The notes: generated by a model from the sequence alone, not told the origin. Positions 38,601 to 52,152 are shown, counted from the first letter of the stretch. The stretch is 64,000 nt of DNA from Pavona decussata (GCA_977016875.1 CDRNST010000199.1:248001-312000), one strand, 5' to 3'. Made by a program: numbers and translations.

Positions 38601-41600
38601 CTTTTTATATCAGGATTGTTTTATCAACATGAATCTAGCTGGAACAGTTACAGGGAACCCACCAGTTCTGACATGATCATGACAGTTCTAGAATGAATAC
38701 TAGGCACGTGCACTCAAGTTATGCGGAGCAACCCTTGACGACCCTCAGTCTGAAACATGACAATAGGAGATCAGGTTACTAGTATGATGTTGGCTGGGGA
38801 TGCTGACAGCGTTTAATCGTACTCAAACTATACTAAGTGACTGACTGACTAACTGACTCAGCCTAACTGGTTGAGGTAGTAGATAGCATAAGTAGAACGA
38901 GTGCTTGCATGTCACGTGTTTCATGGATAATCTAATCCGCATCAAAACACTCAATTTCGTTTCAATCGACGGCAATTCGAAACTGGAGTGGGATAACGTT
39001 TCCACGTCCACTTCCGCAGACGAAATCGAGATTGCGTTCGACGTTCATGAGCGTTTTGTATCAGATTAAACAACCGTTTAAATACCCAGTGGTTAACAGT
39101 GTTGTATTTAGTTTAAGCCGGTGCTGTTTTACTATTTACGTTGAGCGATAGGTTAGAATTCGTGAGTACAGCATGAAATGCTTAAATTAAGTCACGGTTC
39201 CGGCGTTGACACAAAGAAAGAAAGAAAAAATTTTGGGAAAAAACTGTCATATTGAGTGAGCGTACAAAAATGAACCGTCTGGGAATCACTGAGCAGTGAC
39301 TGGGAGCTCATCAAATGATGGAGCCGAATTGGAAGCACTTACGTGGTGCGTTTTTATTCAGCTAGTTCCTTAAACTAAAAAGGATTAACAATAGAGATCA
39401 GCCTTGCCAATAGCTACTGAAGACCAATTTTGGAGAAGGTGGATTTTTGACCCCTTAAGGCGCCATGGAACTACGATCGCTCAAACACGGCCGAGCGACG
39501 AAGTCAGTTCAGCTGGATCTTCGCAATATGAAAATGGCCCAATCTGGCCTACCGGCACCTCTATTTTTAAAAATTCTTTGTTTCCGGCTTTTCATTGCGG
39601 TATTTTTCTGCAAATTCCGAGTTACCTCTTGTACTCAGTTGTGGCTCAAAAAAATGTTTTGTTTTTTTTTTCAGGCTGTTATCAGGCCGGGTTACTTGCC
39701 TGATCGAACGCGAAGCGTCGCCGACCGAAGCTCCTCCGGTTTCTTGATGTCAACTGATGTACCGACAATTCTTAAACGATATTGTATTATCTGATACAAC
39801 ACAATTCTTCAGGGGTAGTTTAGTCTAACCACCTTTAAATTTTAAAAACGCAACATACCATTTACTCACAGGGGCACTGAAAGTTTGCTTCAATAGACGG
39901 TGACTTGACCTCGCTGATTGATTGCTTTCTGATCGATGCCTGCTCCTTTGACTGCGAGTTCAGGAGCTTTTACTGACAATGAATAGTTCTTTATATATAC
40001 ACTGATATATATCAGTAACCTGTTGTGATTACTTCGCTAATCCATGTTTAAGCTACTATATGATTTGTGCAGGGAGATGGAAGAAAGCCAAACAATATGC
40101 ATGGTCCGAATGGTTATTCTTTCCTCGGCTGCCAGACGATGCTTGTTCGTCGCGAACGCTTAACTTCATTTCGCACGAAATGCTAACACCAGGAGCCGAA
40201 TAATAACGAAAATACAACAATTAAGCACTAATAAAGGGATATTCAAAACCTAAATATGCTTTGTCTTGAGGTGTCGGCGATGCAAGCAGATAAACGATTA
40301 GACTTGGAAGCCTAAATAGAACTATTCACTATTGGCTCGGATAAAGCGCCCGCCCGCAAAGGCGAGCGAGGGTGGTCCGCAGCCGCAATCATTGTGCCAG
40401 GTCACTTATAAACTGAACATTTTGTAGCGTAACATGAATCTAGTTTGGAGGATAGTTAGGTGTGAACACCAAACCTCATATTCTCTTCATGCCGCTATAT
40501 AAGGACTGGTGACGTTAGGTGACGGCAGCGGAGGCTCCGCCATAAAAGGGGTCCCTTCATGTTCACACAATATTCGAAAGGTTAGCGAAAAACATGCAGA
40601 CAGTGAATCGAAACAAGGAGAGCATTGAATTACAGTGTAGCAAGGACTAAGCAAAAACGTCCCTGGAAGAAATTACAACGTTGCCCGGCCGTGCCGGTCA
40701 GCTGACTATCGGCAAGAAATATTGCTGCCCTGTCTTTGGGGTGAAATTTTAGTTTTATGCAGGTCTGTGAAAGGGGATTGATGATGATTCGTTCTCAGTG
40801 ACGAAAGGCTAACGCTCGAAACGTCAGCACTCGAATCTCTTTGCGGTGGCCAATCTATCCGCTTTAGTTATCTTTCTGTTGATAAATCAAACATTCGTTC
40901 ACCGGCTAAGTTAGCATGTGAAAAAAAAGGTCGATCACCTCCGGCTGAACGCTCGGCTTCCCACTGGGTTCCTTTAATAGAACTAAACTGCCCTGCAAAA
41001 CACGCCCGTGCATTCCAGTTTAAAACAAATACGTGCTGCGATGCATTCGGAAAATTACAATTATTGGATCAGAACCATAAATATGTTGAATTGTAAAAAA
41101 TCAAAATAAAAATTAAAAAAAAACAAACAAACAAAAAAATTTGGCATGCCAAATATGCTGAATTATTAAAAGGGCCATTATAGAAAAGACAGACAGGCGG
41201 GGAATAATTTGATCATGCAGTCTACCTTTGTTAAAGTAACGATCAAAATTTTCCACAGTGGCCGAATGACATCAATAAGACTTTCTATCCGCACGAAACG
41301 AAACTCAAGGTTACATTGATTCCCAAAAATGAAACATTCCTTGACAACCAGACTGTTTTTTGCTTCAATGTTTCCATGCCTTATTAATCAAGCCATCCTC
41401 GTGGCCCTCCGTTGGGTTGCTCGTAAAAATGTAAACATAATTTATCTGCCGGCTCTGTAGTGGTGCGGCCTTTGCATTGCACCTCATATAAAGTGTGTGG
41501 CATTTGGGACAATAATTCCTATCTTACTTCTTCCAAGAGTGGGCAAAACTGGCGGATTTGAAACGGAACTGAGTTCTTGTAACGTGTTCAAATTAGTCCG

Positions 41601-44600
41601 ACACAACTGGCAAAATGTGGCTCAATATTAGGCTTTCTCGACACGAGCCAGGTTGTATATGAGGCGGGTGGCATTTTCAGTGGAATTTAAAAAGTTCGAA
41701 ATCACCTTGTAAATCAGTCATACTCGGATGCAATACAGGAAAATGCCAGTCATTAGCTTTCATGGATGGTTTAAGTAATCGCCAAAGGCTCCTCTTAATC
41801 TCGAGCCACGTTTAAAGCGTAATAATATAAAGAACCACAGAAAATAACTGCTCAATATCAGTGAACCAACAAACTTGTTTGGAATTTATTCACCACACGA
41901 ACTTAAGACAGAAGCGCTTAGTTACTGTTCAGCAAGGAAGAACTGCACGCAAACCGCGCCGACAGCTATCACGTGGAATTTACCGGATGATTATTTCGCG
42001 ACCAGTGAAAGTGTAGTTTTACTGGGAGGGTCTTTTCTCCATGCAATGTAGTTTTACTGTCTGTAATTTCCAAGAATAAAAACAAAGCGAAGTATTATGA
42101 CACTGTAGTAGTACACACTGATTCAATTTGCTGAACTGTAGTCGACGCGTTCGGCTAGCTGTGTCTGATGAAATAGCACATGGTACAAACATTGAATATA
42201 CCTCGGTCATTCTGCTCAGTGCAGGACTGAATGCCTCACTGTAAGCAAAACCTTTTTCTTGGAAGATTTCCTATTCAAATTCTCTCCCTTTCTTAGCGTA
42301 ACTCGCTGTACCACTCCCCCTTTCTTTTCTTCGGCCGCCATTTCTCATTCTCACACTCGCAGTGCAAACGCAGTTGTTCAAATGTCGAACTTTTCATGTG
42401 CTGATCGGAACCTAATGTAAATGAGAGAAAGCGTTTTTTTTTTTTCCTTTTTTTTTTTTTTTAACTAATTTGCATTTGGTTAGGCACATGTAAAGTCTGA
42501 CGTTTCAACCGGGCCTAAGGCGTAAGGCTTTGCAATTTTTCACGCAACTTATCTGACAATCACAAGTTGTACGAATCGTTGCAACTTGTACTGACTGAAG
42601 TGAACAATCTTTGACAGGAGTAAAGCTCGATTCGACTTCGTAAAACGCTGATTGCAGACGAAACGTCACTAGGCGTTTTCATCTTAAAGCGTATTACACT
42701 AGTAACGTTTCGTTCAACAACTTGTCTCAGTTGTGTCACAAAGGCCCAACCATGCCGAAAATTGCGAGTCAAGTTGAAAAAAAAATTGCCCGGTGTATCA
42801 TAAACTTTAATTCCAATGAAGTAATTTGCTAAGGATTTGCTTCGACAACTTTGATAATCATTAAGCACCAGTAAAGAACACGTCAGTTTAAAATTTAAAG
42901 ACGCGGTTAATTTGCTTGCAAAGTGAATGTCAGCGTTTCAGTAATCATATGCAGCGGAGGATGGTTAGAGTCTGAAGCAATATGGGAAAGCAAGTATATT
43001 GGCTACCAGACATACCAATCTCTATTCATGGAATTCATCAACCTTGGCTTTAAAAGAGTTCCGTTTATTCATAACCAGACAGAGTTGCGTTGCACGGAAG
43101 ACATGATAAATACATGCTATTGTTGTCGCTCTTCGAGCTTAAGTCCCACATGACAGTACCAAAAAGATGATCGCTCACCACGGCAACTCGCTTACAGTGT
43201 GACACCGTCATTTCACCATCCATTTCAGGCCTTTCAACGCAGAACACTTCCACATGAATTTGTTTCCTCGATGTGTTTTTGTCGTGTTTAGTCTTTTTTT
43301 TTCCTCGTTCTAAAGGCGTGCACATGGGTAAAATAAACATGGCATTTCCTTTTTCTCCGGCTAGACTCAGCTGTGCTAATTTAAATATGAAAGACTCCCT
43401 TCATTGTCTCAAAAATAAAGCACGGAATGAATGACAAATCATGAATGTTTAGAGCCTCAATTTGTCTCCTTCCGTACTATGATTTAGTGTTTCCCACCTA
43501 CAGGTGATTCATGCCACCTTCCGTTGTTCTCGCTTCGAAAACTAACTTCTTAAAGTGTCTGTGTTTTGCTGTAAATAGAGAACCAAGTTGCCACAAGCAA
43601 GAATTTGCGTAGAATACGAAATTGAACGAGAATTTCCGTTTCAAATTACAAAGCGAAAGACCAACACGAGTGCTTGACCAAAAACAACAGAATTTCATAC
43701 ACTTCAAAAAGTACTTTATTTTTATCCTTCAAAAAAGGAATTTTCCGGATATTCTCATTGGAGATTCAAAAAAGCATTTGTTATTTCACCTAAGCATGTA
43801 ATTTTAGCGAGTCTGATGAGATACGGAAGCGAAAAGTTGAAATGAGTCAAGACTTGTTTCTTCAACGCGTGAGAGGTGAGCACATCAGAGACCGTCAGAG
43901 GTCACCAGTGCGATAGACGTGGTTGGCAAAACGTGAACAACACTATTGTCTGAAGTTTAAAGTTCAGTCATAGAGCAAGTTTGCTGTTTGATATATTGCG
44001 AAGGTTTATTTTGGTCTCGAAAACCTTTTCAGTGGATCAGTCAACTTAAATGGAAAATGCGAAGGAAGCCAAGAGGTTGAAAGCACGAAACAGTCGAGCT
44101 AAAACCAGTCATTATGTAAAACGTCTGGTTCGTATTTAAATTTGGAATTTGTGGGAGTAATTTCCGCTTTTCTTTGCAGTCTTCCTTTCTCCCCCATTGA
44201 TTCCTACTTGACAATCAAGAGTTTATAAACCTCATATTAACACTCAAACCATGAGATTTCTGTAATGTAATATTATGTATTGTACATTGACGCCTCAAAA
44301 TATGGCGTCGTTTTCGCCATCCGCGAGCTATCAGTGATCTGCTTGGATGGTTTCCAAATGTCTTTTCGAATTGTGCGAATATATTCATTGCCACCAAGTA
44401 AACCTCAAGCCATTCAAAAATTATTTGTTATGTCTGCAGTGTATAAATGTTTTCTTGCACGCAATACCGTGCCTATTTAGTACATACAAATTGGGAATAT
44501 AGCATTTTGGGGCAAATGCTTCTAAAATATTTTTGTCGCAAGCAAAGAACTTTTAGCCACGGTCGACCCGATTATTGATCTTCCTTGCAAAGCAAACAAC

Positions 44601-45977
44601 AGCTGTTCCATTCTGTTTCAATATCTAAGGATCTAATTTTGTGATGTCTGAAAATTAATATTCCCCCCACAAGGCCGACACATAATTTGCATGTATTCCC
44701 GACATCTCTTAACGACAAAAAAACTGTTTAAATTGTCAATAGAAAATGCCTTCATACATCATCGCTATATTCGTGTTTTCGTGCACGCAGCGGTAACCAG
44801 CTAGACAGACAAATTATTCAATACGCAAACTGTTTTTATAAGCAAGTAAGCAGAAGGCTCGCTTTTTGCTACTGTTGTCATCAAAGTTCTTTCTTACATA
44901 TATATTTTTGAATTCCATCTTCGAATTTCAGTGGTATAATACGAAAATAAAGAGAATCACGGGTTATATAGTTGAAACACGTGCACTTTAGGATTTATTA
45001 TACTGCAGCCAGCCCCTGTACTTTGTATTCAACCCAATTAAGAGTCGAGACCCAATATCACAGTTAAAGATTAGCTAACTTTTCAACGCACAGACACTTG
45101 CTTAAAGCAGATTAGCGATCGTGTTTTGCCCTTTGGTCCCAAATTTCATCCATAGAAAATTTCCTATCGAAAACATAGTGACAGCTGAGGGCTTTGCGCG
45201 TGGCTGGGTTTTAGTCTCATCCATAAATGGATGACAGTTGCCCAATGGCACATGATTTATAGGCCGTAATGTACACAAAGTGGTTTCAGCTAGTCTGACA
45301 AGCCTGAAAAAAAAAATATATAGCTTAGCTATGTCAAAAGGTAGCCCTCGGAATTAATCACTTTCATAAGCACTGGAAGACATCGAATGCTTCAATTGTC
45401 CCAAAGCAGGCTTTTAAGAGATTCATATTGTTCAAGAATTGAAGAAGCGAAACAGCAAAAATCGCTATTCTTTCAATCAGAGCGGAACGTCTACTCAAAT
45501 GTCTGACAAGCCGTACTGAAGGCAGATTAGTCTGGCAGCGGTGTAATTTCAGTTGGAATATAAACTCAACGGCTTATACCGGATGCCGAAATACCTCACT
45601 GGCTCATGCAACATCAATAAAGAATAAGAGTCACCATTGAAAATATAATATATTCATTTTTAGTGTATTTTTCACTCGTGTAACAACATTATACAACAAT
45701 AAAGCTGTACAAAGGATTGTTTTCTCCTATGGAGAGAAATCTATATGACTTTGGTTTCCAAATTTGGAATGTTCTCGGACTATGTCCGTGTTTTTGGTAC
45801 CTTAAATTATATTTTCGTCCAGTCAATATTCTATATACAATATACATAATATAATCTATGTAGGTATCATACTTGTGTGACTATAACTCTGTGGAATGCT
45901 TAGCTGGACGCGATCGGTGAAGAGAAAGACCAATTTGAGCAAATCATCGTTTATATAGCGTATCGCGTACACGCGCG

Positions 45978-47634
45978 TTACCGCGAGACATAAAGATGGA
46001 TTTCGACCCAACACGGGCAAGATGTTACCAGTGGTCTGCAGTACTTCTTCGAAGATGAAGTGGCACCCCAGCCTTTCTTAAAACTTATTCTAACCGATTC
46101 GGGATGATAGCATCTAACTCCAGCGCTGTCGACAGCCCGACATACTTGAGAAGAGAACTTGTAATCGTAAACCTTCAGTGAATAGCCGGGAGGAACTTTA
46201 TGCACCACAATATTATGTCTCAGTTTTCCACCGGGACTGTCTTCATTGGAGTAAGTCAGCGTAGGGCCATTTGCAAATAAAGAATAATTGCTTCGATTAT
46301 AAATCCATATTCCGTCGCCTTCGCGTGTTAACTGCAGCCCGTAGCCTATTTGTGACCGGACCCGTTTTGTCCCCTCCGAAACATCGCTGCGTCTGTTTAG
46401 ATCAGCCAAGCAAAATCCAGTGGGCTCGGGCAGCGACTCAAAAACATTGACAACGTCTGTTGTTCCTTCAAACGAAGGCCCGATTCTTTCATTGTGCTCC
46501 CAGTACGCGATTGAACACCAATGTTTCGGCCATTCTTTCCCAGCGGCAAAATGATAAGCTTCTCCTGAAAGGGCAAGGAAAATAAACTTAGTTCTGCCGG
46601 CCATACAGAAGATCACACACTGAAAATCGCGCTATTCTTCGTTTCGATAAATAATTGAGGGCATAGATATATTATGTTTAAGTGCGTAACCCCATTCCAG
46701 TGTGGAAATGAAGGAATCGGTAACCGGCCGAATGAAACAGTTGAAATCTAGAATAACAATACACAGCAAAAGGTCACAGAAAAATATTTCAATTCTTGTA
46801 CCTGTGGTTTGCGAAGAAGACAGCGAGTAAGACGTTCTGCTATCCAGTTGGCAAGTTGTGGACAGCGTTGGGTTGCTTACAAACCCTGTAAAGCGAAAAG
46901 AATAATTTGTGAGTAAAGCAGACGGATGATGTCTGGAAAAGCGCACGAACACGGACACATTATAACAGCGAAATTTTTGATCGATCGATGTAAAATACCT
47001 GAACTTTCGTCGTATTCGGAATCTACGACGCTCGGCAATGCTCTATAAATCCCACCGACTGGACCTGGAAAGAATCAAACAAAATAAATCATAACTAGAG
47101 CGAAACGAGAAAACAAGAAGGACCGTCTCGTATGCAAATAAGATGCAAAAGATGTTCTAAAAGCTAGCTCGTACACAAACTGACACAAGAGTTCGCTTTG
47201 TGGAGCAAGATTTCTAATTTTACGACGTAGAATTTACCTGTGCTCATTACAGCGCTGAAATGGAAAGGATTAATACACTGTTTCTTCTCCAGGCCATTAC
47301 ATGACGAACAAGAAGCGATATGCTTGATTTCGCTCGAGCTTCGAATCTGCGGCAGGCGAAATATTCGGAACAAAACAAGTTGTGGTTCGACCGCCACTCG
47401 TTTACCCAGTCTCTCGTGAGTTTGGAAGAAAATACAAGGCGTTTCGCAGCCGCCTTGCGTCTCCAATGCCCTTATCAGAACAGCGAAATCCTTCTCCTTT
47501 AGCCGTTTCAGGATCGAATGAGTTACTGCTTTGAGTTCAGCACTTTCGTCAGGCGAAAAATCCTTGCGGCCCGTAAGAACCGAGTATTTCTCGAGAAGGG
47601 ACAGTTTGCTGACAAATCTGAACAACTTGAACAT
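45978..47634 (-). CDS. SMAD6/7: Inhibitory Smad (Smad6/7 family); 4 coding exons, ~377 aa
   Basis: Exons 47634-47238, 47064-46999, 46885-46802, 46564-45978; all introns phase 1; 1134 nt. I-Smad MH1-like region (SILKRLKE..LIRALETQGG..C, CINPFHFS). MH2 domain (HWCSIAYWEHNERIG, GFCL, VRSQIGYG, IWIYNRS, VHKVPPGYSLKVYDY, SVRISFKKGWG, SCPCWVEI). No C-terminal SSXS, so inhibitory class. An in-frame upstream ATG at 47775 makes the start uncertain. Confidence 0.93.
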
Positions 47635-47739
47635 ATAACATTTGTTCCTAGCGATCACATCCAGCCGATCGGAGAGATGTACGTGGTCTTGAAAGCGAAG
47701 GAAGAAGCGATGCTTGCTGATCACGTCGCAAACTGAACC

Positions 47740-47980
47740 GTCTAGACAGCATGTAAGAAGCTGGCACATCCACATCAACTAATTCCTCTCTCAACCATAG
47801 CACACACAACGGTAACTGAGTGCCGACCTACCAGCAATAGAAACACAAACCGATTGGCTGATCAATGTCACGTGCCTGTCTAGACACATTGGCGCGTCTA
47901 TAGTTGTCTGATGTGGGTGTTACGTAAATAACAATTTCAATAAGCTTTCGCTAATGCTGATTGGTCAGGATAATGAGTCA
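47740..47980 (-). promoter_or_regulatory. Smad6/7 proximal promoter with palindromic SBEs, E-box, BMP-type GC element, CCAAT boxes and AP-1 site
   Basis: GTCTAGAC at 47878-47885 and 47740-47747. CACGTG at 47869-47874. Gene-strand CGCGCC-N5-GTCT overlapping the upstream SBE. CCAAT (minus strand) at 47853, 47888 and 47960. TTACGTAA at 47920-47927. TGAGTCA at 47974-47980. Confidence 0.75.
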
Positions 47981-50900
47981 GGCGGAAATCGCTCTTGACT
48001 CCCCCCAAAGATCGAATTCACAATAAGCCCAATCCACTTTGTTTGTTCCAAAGATGTCTGGTTTCTTTGTGGATTTGAGGTATTTTGTATTAACCATGTG
48101 GTGCCGTGTTAAAAGCACTTCTCAGGAGCGTCCAGATGTTTGGAGTTCATTCACTAATTCGATTTTAGGGTCGAAAATTTACCGCCGTTCATCTAATTTC
48201 TGTTCTGGCTGTTTTACACCATTCAAAACAAATTATAACAGAATGTACCCGTATTTGTATGCTCCCAAATTAAAATCCATTACAACTTGTAATCGAGGTA
48301 TTCATCGTCATGTGCCTAATTTAGCAAGATATTCAAATAACGTCACCAGATTATTGAATATCATGAGTTCATGTGATTTGTATTCAATGAATACAGACGC
48401 CACCCAAGGTCACCTTTAATCTTGTTTTAGTAGTCTGAACTGATTCCATTGAAATATTTGTCCCGCAATAACGTATTTTTTTATGCCGTCGATCAATCAA
48501 ATTTAGAAAGCGCTGTTGATCATGAATGGCGCTGTAGCATTGAACTGTGAATAATCCATGGCTTAGTCAGCCGATTTATTTTCTATGTCGCCCGTGTGCA
48601 TGAAATTCGTTCCGACATATTTCCATCGTCCCTCGATCCCAGAGCGTTGCCCTTTCGAAAATTGAGAGGGCACGAAAAGCCGAGTTTTGCTGGGATCAAT
48701 GTTGATCACGTGTTTCTGTTGAAATTTCGTAAGCATGGTACTCCATGTATGCGATCCTGAATGTCTTTCACTCCTCTTCTTTCCGCTACAGCATTGTATC
48801 GTGGCTATTAGCGTGCTGTTATGAAACCGACATAGGGGGAATTAATTACAATCCAATCACTGACTTTGTTGCCCACGTTGAGGGACTGCGGGTTTCTCGC
48901 TTGCAACTGCTTAGCGCATTTTAGTACGTAAACCTCTTACTTCCACCGCGTCTAGCCAGTTCTTAGATTTGATTTTGTGAAACGTTCCCAACGACAGTGA
49001 CAACAGTGTACCACCAGACATGGAACGAACTGATTAAATACACTCATATTTTGAGTAGACCGTAACACTTTCACGGGCCGCACGATGAACTACCTTTTTA
49101 TTGCATTCATTGAAATAATGTAGTAAACAATCACAAAAGTTTAGAAAATTTTTACGACAACCTTTATTTCGATGCGAATTACCTTAGCTTCGCGGCGGCG
49201 GGTAAAGAACAAAGCTTCAATAAACATGGAGGGCCTGGGGCCAAAACAGGAGGCCATGAGAGCAGGGGACTGGGTCGAGGTACTGAATTCATTCCAAGTG
49301 AAAAACTATGACACCGCAAACAAAGTTCAAAATTTATCCGAATATTTCTTATGACAAATATTTTTTCTCTACTATTTAGTCAGGCAAAGCCTGGCTTCTC
49401 CAGCGAACGTTGTTCCCCTGAAGAAGTCACGACGCGTCAAGTGACAGGAAACACTGGAGAAAATAAATATACACCCGAATTTTTTGAAAGGTGGCCGATG
49501 AAACCGCTTGAGCGCTTTTCGTGAAACGACACTGAATCACGGGTTTTATGGACCCAAGGAGGCTTGAGAATGATTCAGAGGAGAAAAGAAAGAAGCAAGG
49601 AGAGAGACAGGAGACGGAAAAAAGACTATGGAACCATTGTTTTTGTACTGGCAACTTTGGAGACAGAAAACCATTCAAACTATACTGACAAAGAAGCGGA
49701 CTCGTTTTCAAAATGCGAGAAGATATTATATAAAATCTCAGTGGTGCAGTCTGTTTTTCATCATTAGTATTTATTGCATTTTCTAGAATTTGCTCTGACT
49801 AAATACACCAGCATCCGGAGCCTTCAGTTTTGTCCAACCAGCGGCCAAATGTTGTTGTAGGCCTATATTCAGTTTACTTTTCCCACTGTCAGTTTTAACA
49901 GAGATATCATGGCTCTCAACACACCTGTCTATCAGTAAATACAATAAAATCTGCAATTCCACAGCGACAAACCAATGAGTGGTGCCGGATCACTTGTACA
50001 TGTAGACCTGGATCAGCAAATTATCTCAAGTACAAAATATTAACGGCAGACTGATCCCAACGGCGGAGGTGACGAGCTTCCTCGGGGGTTGAACGAAAAA
50101 GAAAAGTGAGAAACATAAAAGGATCGTTACAAAGAAGATTTAAAATATAAAATGCGTTAAAATTTCTGTTTATCAGTAGACTGAATGTTGTTGCCCTCAG
50201 TTACCTTTTAATCTTATCAAAATATATAATTGAGGTTTCGTTCTAGTGGCACATCTGCGAGTTATAGAAACTAAGGTGTTTTTGCACTCCTTTGCCGACC
50301 TATCACTGACGAGAATCTACCCTTGTTTAAATAGTCACAAGAGCCCTAATACTGTATTAACATAATTTAAATACAACCTTCTCGAATGTAAATTCTACAC
50401 AGACTGAAAAGAGAGACAAACTGAAAATAATAACCGAAAATAATACTGACCTCTCCTGACTACCTAAACTTAATCATAGTACAGCCGTCCGGTTTTGGTC
50501 TTGGCCGGAGCAGAAAAAAGAGTCCTTCATGTGCAACTGTATACTTGCTTTTTACCCAGTCTCAAAAGAAAGGTGCCATGTGTCTACTGTTTGTTTCATC
50601 GGTTTTTCTGGAAATATCCAGCCTCGTTCCCAGGGTCCTCTCCTATTCGACCGGTCAGCGGTGAAACAACAATATTTTGCCGGTTAGCAACACCGGCACA
50701 AAACGAAATCCAAGTTCTCCGAACAGGAATGGAACATATGACCTTCAATAACCCGTTCGGGTGCTCTACCATATTCATATTCAGTCTCTCTTTGACTTTG
50801 AGCCCGCTGCAGTTTAGAAAGAGTCAAGTTGCACGACGTGTGACTCTTAAGGTTGTACAGCTGTTTACTGCGAGTTCGGTACTTGTGCAGTTTTGTCTTT

Positions 50901-52152
50901 TACGCTTTTTTTCATGAAGACAACAGTACTGTTATCTTTCTGGCCGACAGCTGTTTATAAAGAGAACGTTTGTAGATATCTCGACGCTTAAAGAAACTAT
51001 TGTGGTCCCAGCTGTTGACTGTACAGTTGTTCATAGAGAGTTCCGTCTATGTCTATTATCATTTGTTTAGAAGCCAGAGAAGATAACTGAATATGTGGCT
51101 CTGCAGCTGTTGACAAAGATTTCAGTTGCACCCTCACTTTTTTTTTCTAGCTGTTTTCAAAGAGTATGTCATGACTGGCTCTTGGTTGACGGTGCGTACA
51201 GGTTTACTCTGTAGATAGAGATCTTGGTGCAAGCTACGATGAAAGAAGCTAGATTCTTAAGGTTCAGACAGCTGTCTACGCTTGTGGCTTTTTATGACTA
51301 TGGGCATATGGAATTCAATACTGTAAATTCCACGATGGTCATCAGTTATCCTTCTGCTACTATTTCTCTTTTTGTTGTCCATGGCCAGGACAGTAGCCAG
51401 ACTTTCAGGCGATTGAAGCAAGTATTGTGGAAAGCGCTGAAGGCGCGAGCCTCTAGGAGGGTCTGGGGCATCAGTACCCATCAAAAAAATTTTGAAACGA
51501 AGAAGCTCTGTAATAGTAAATTTTTACCACTTCTTCTTGGGTAACTTATTTATTCCTTACAAGTCAACAATATTTATTCTCGCTCCAGCCCCCCCGCTCC
51601 CCCCCCCCCCCTCCCACGGGGCCATTGTATGGTGGAGGAACATTCGAATATGATTGAAAAACGGTGGGAGGCTTTCTCTATTATTGGCTGCTTTTCCTCA
51701 TGGTTTTTCGACCAGTTTAGTTTCATGTGTATATTTATAGCTCAAAGGTCATTTCTTTGTTATGACTTCATTCTGTGGCTTTTGCCTGCCTTCAGGCTCT
51801 TTACTTTTTGTTTGTCCCATTTAAATCCGTGATATTTCTTACAACTTTTATTGGTGAGATTAATGTGTAATAAGCTTGATTATCATCTTGCAAACTTGCC
51901 GACTGTGCTCTGAATATGCGTTAAAGACCACGGTTTGTTAATACTCCGCTCCATCGGTAGACCTCACCCCTTTCCGGGATGAGTTGCTCTTAACGCAGTG
52001 ATGTCCATAATTCTTGTGGCATAATAAGCATAGTGGCAAATTAAATAGAACAAGAGGTACAATTCAGTTTAAAGAGAACGCCAAAGCCACAAGACTCAAA
52101 ATAAATAAACGACCTTTGCGCTCCTAATTTGAAAAAAGCGATGGTTCTGCAT

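Noticed and set aside
43813-43842. CTGATGAG...GAAA hammerhead-like core
   Set aside because: No pairing for stem II or the flanking helices.
33000-45900. Additional protein-coding gene between DYM and the Smad
   Set aside because: Only short ORFs with no recognisable domain or consistent splice chain. A small or non-coding gene cannot be excluded without RNA data.
49427-49767. Charged short ORFs upstream of the Smad
   Set aside because: Purine-rich low-complexity sequence with no recognisable homology or exon structure.
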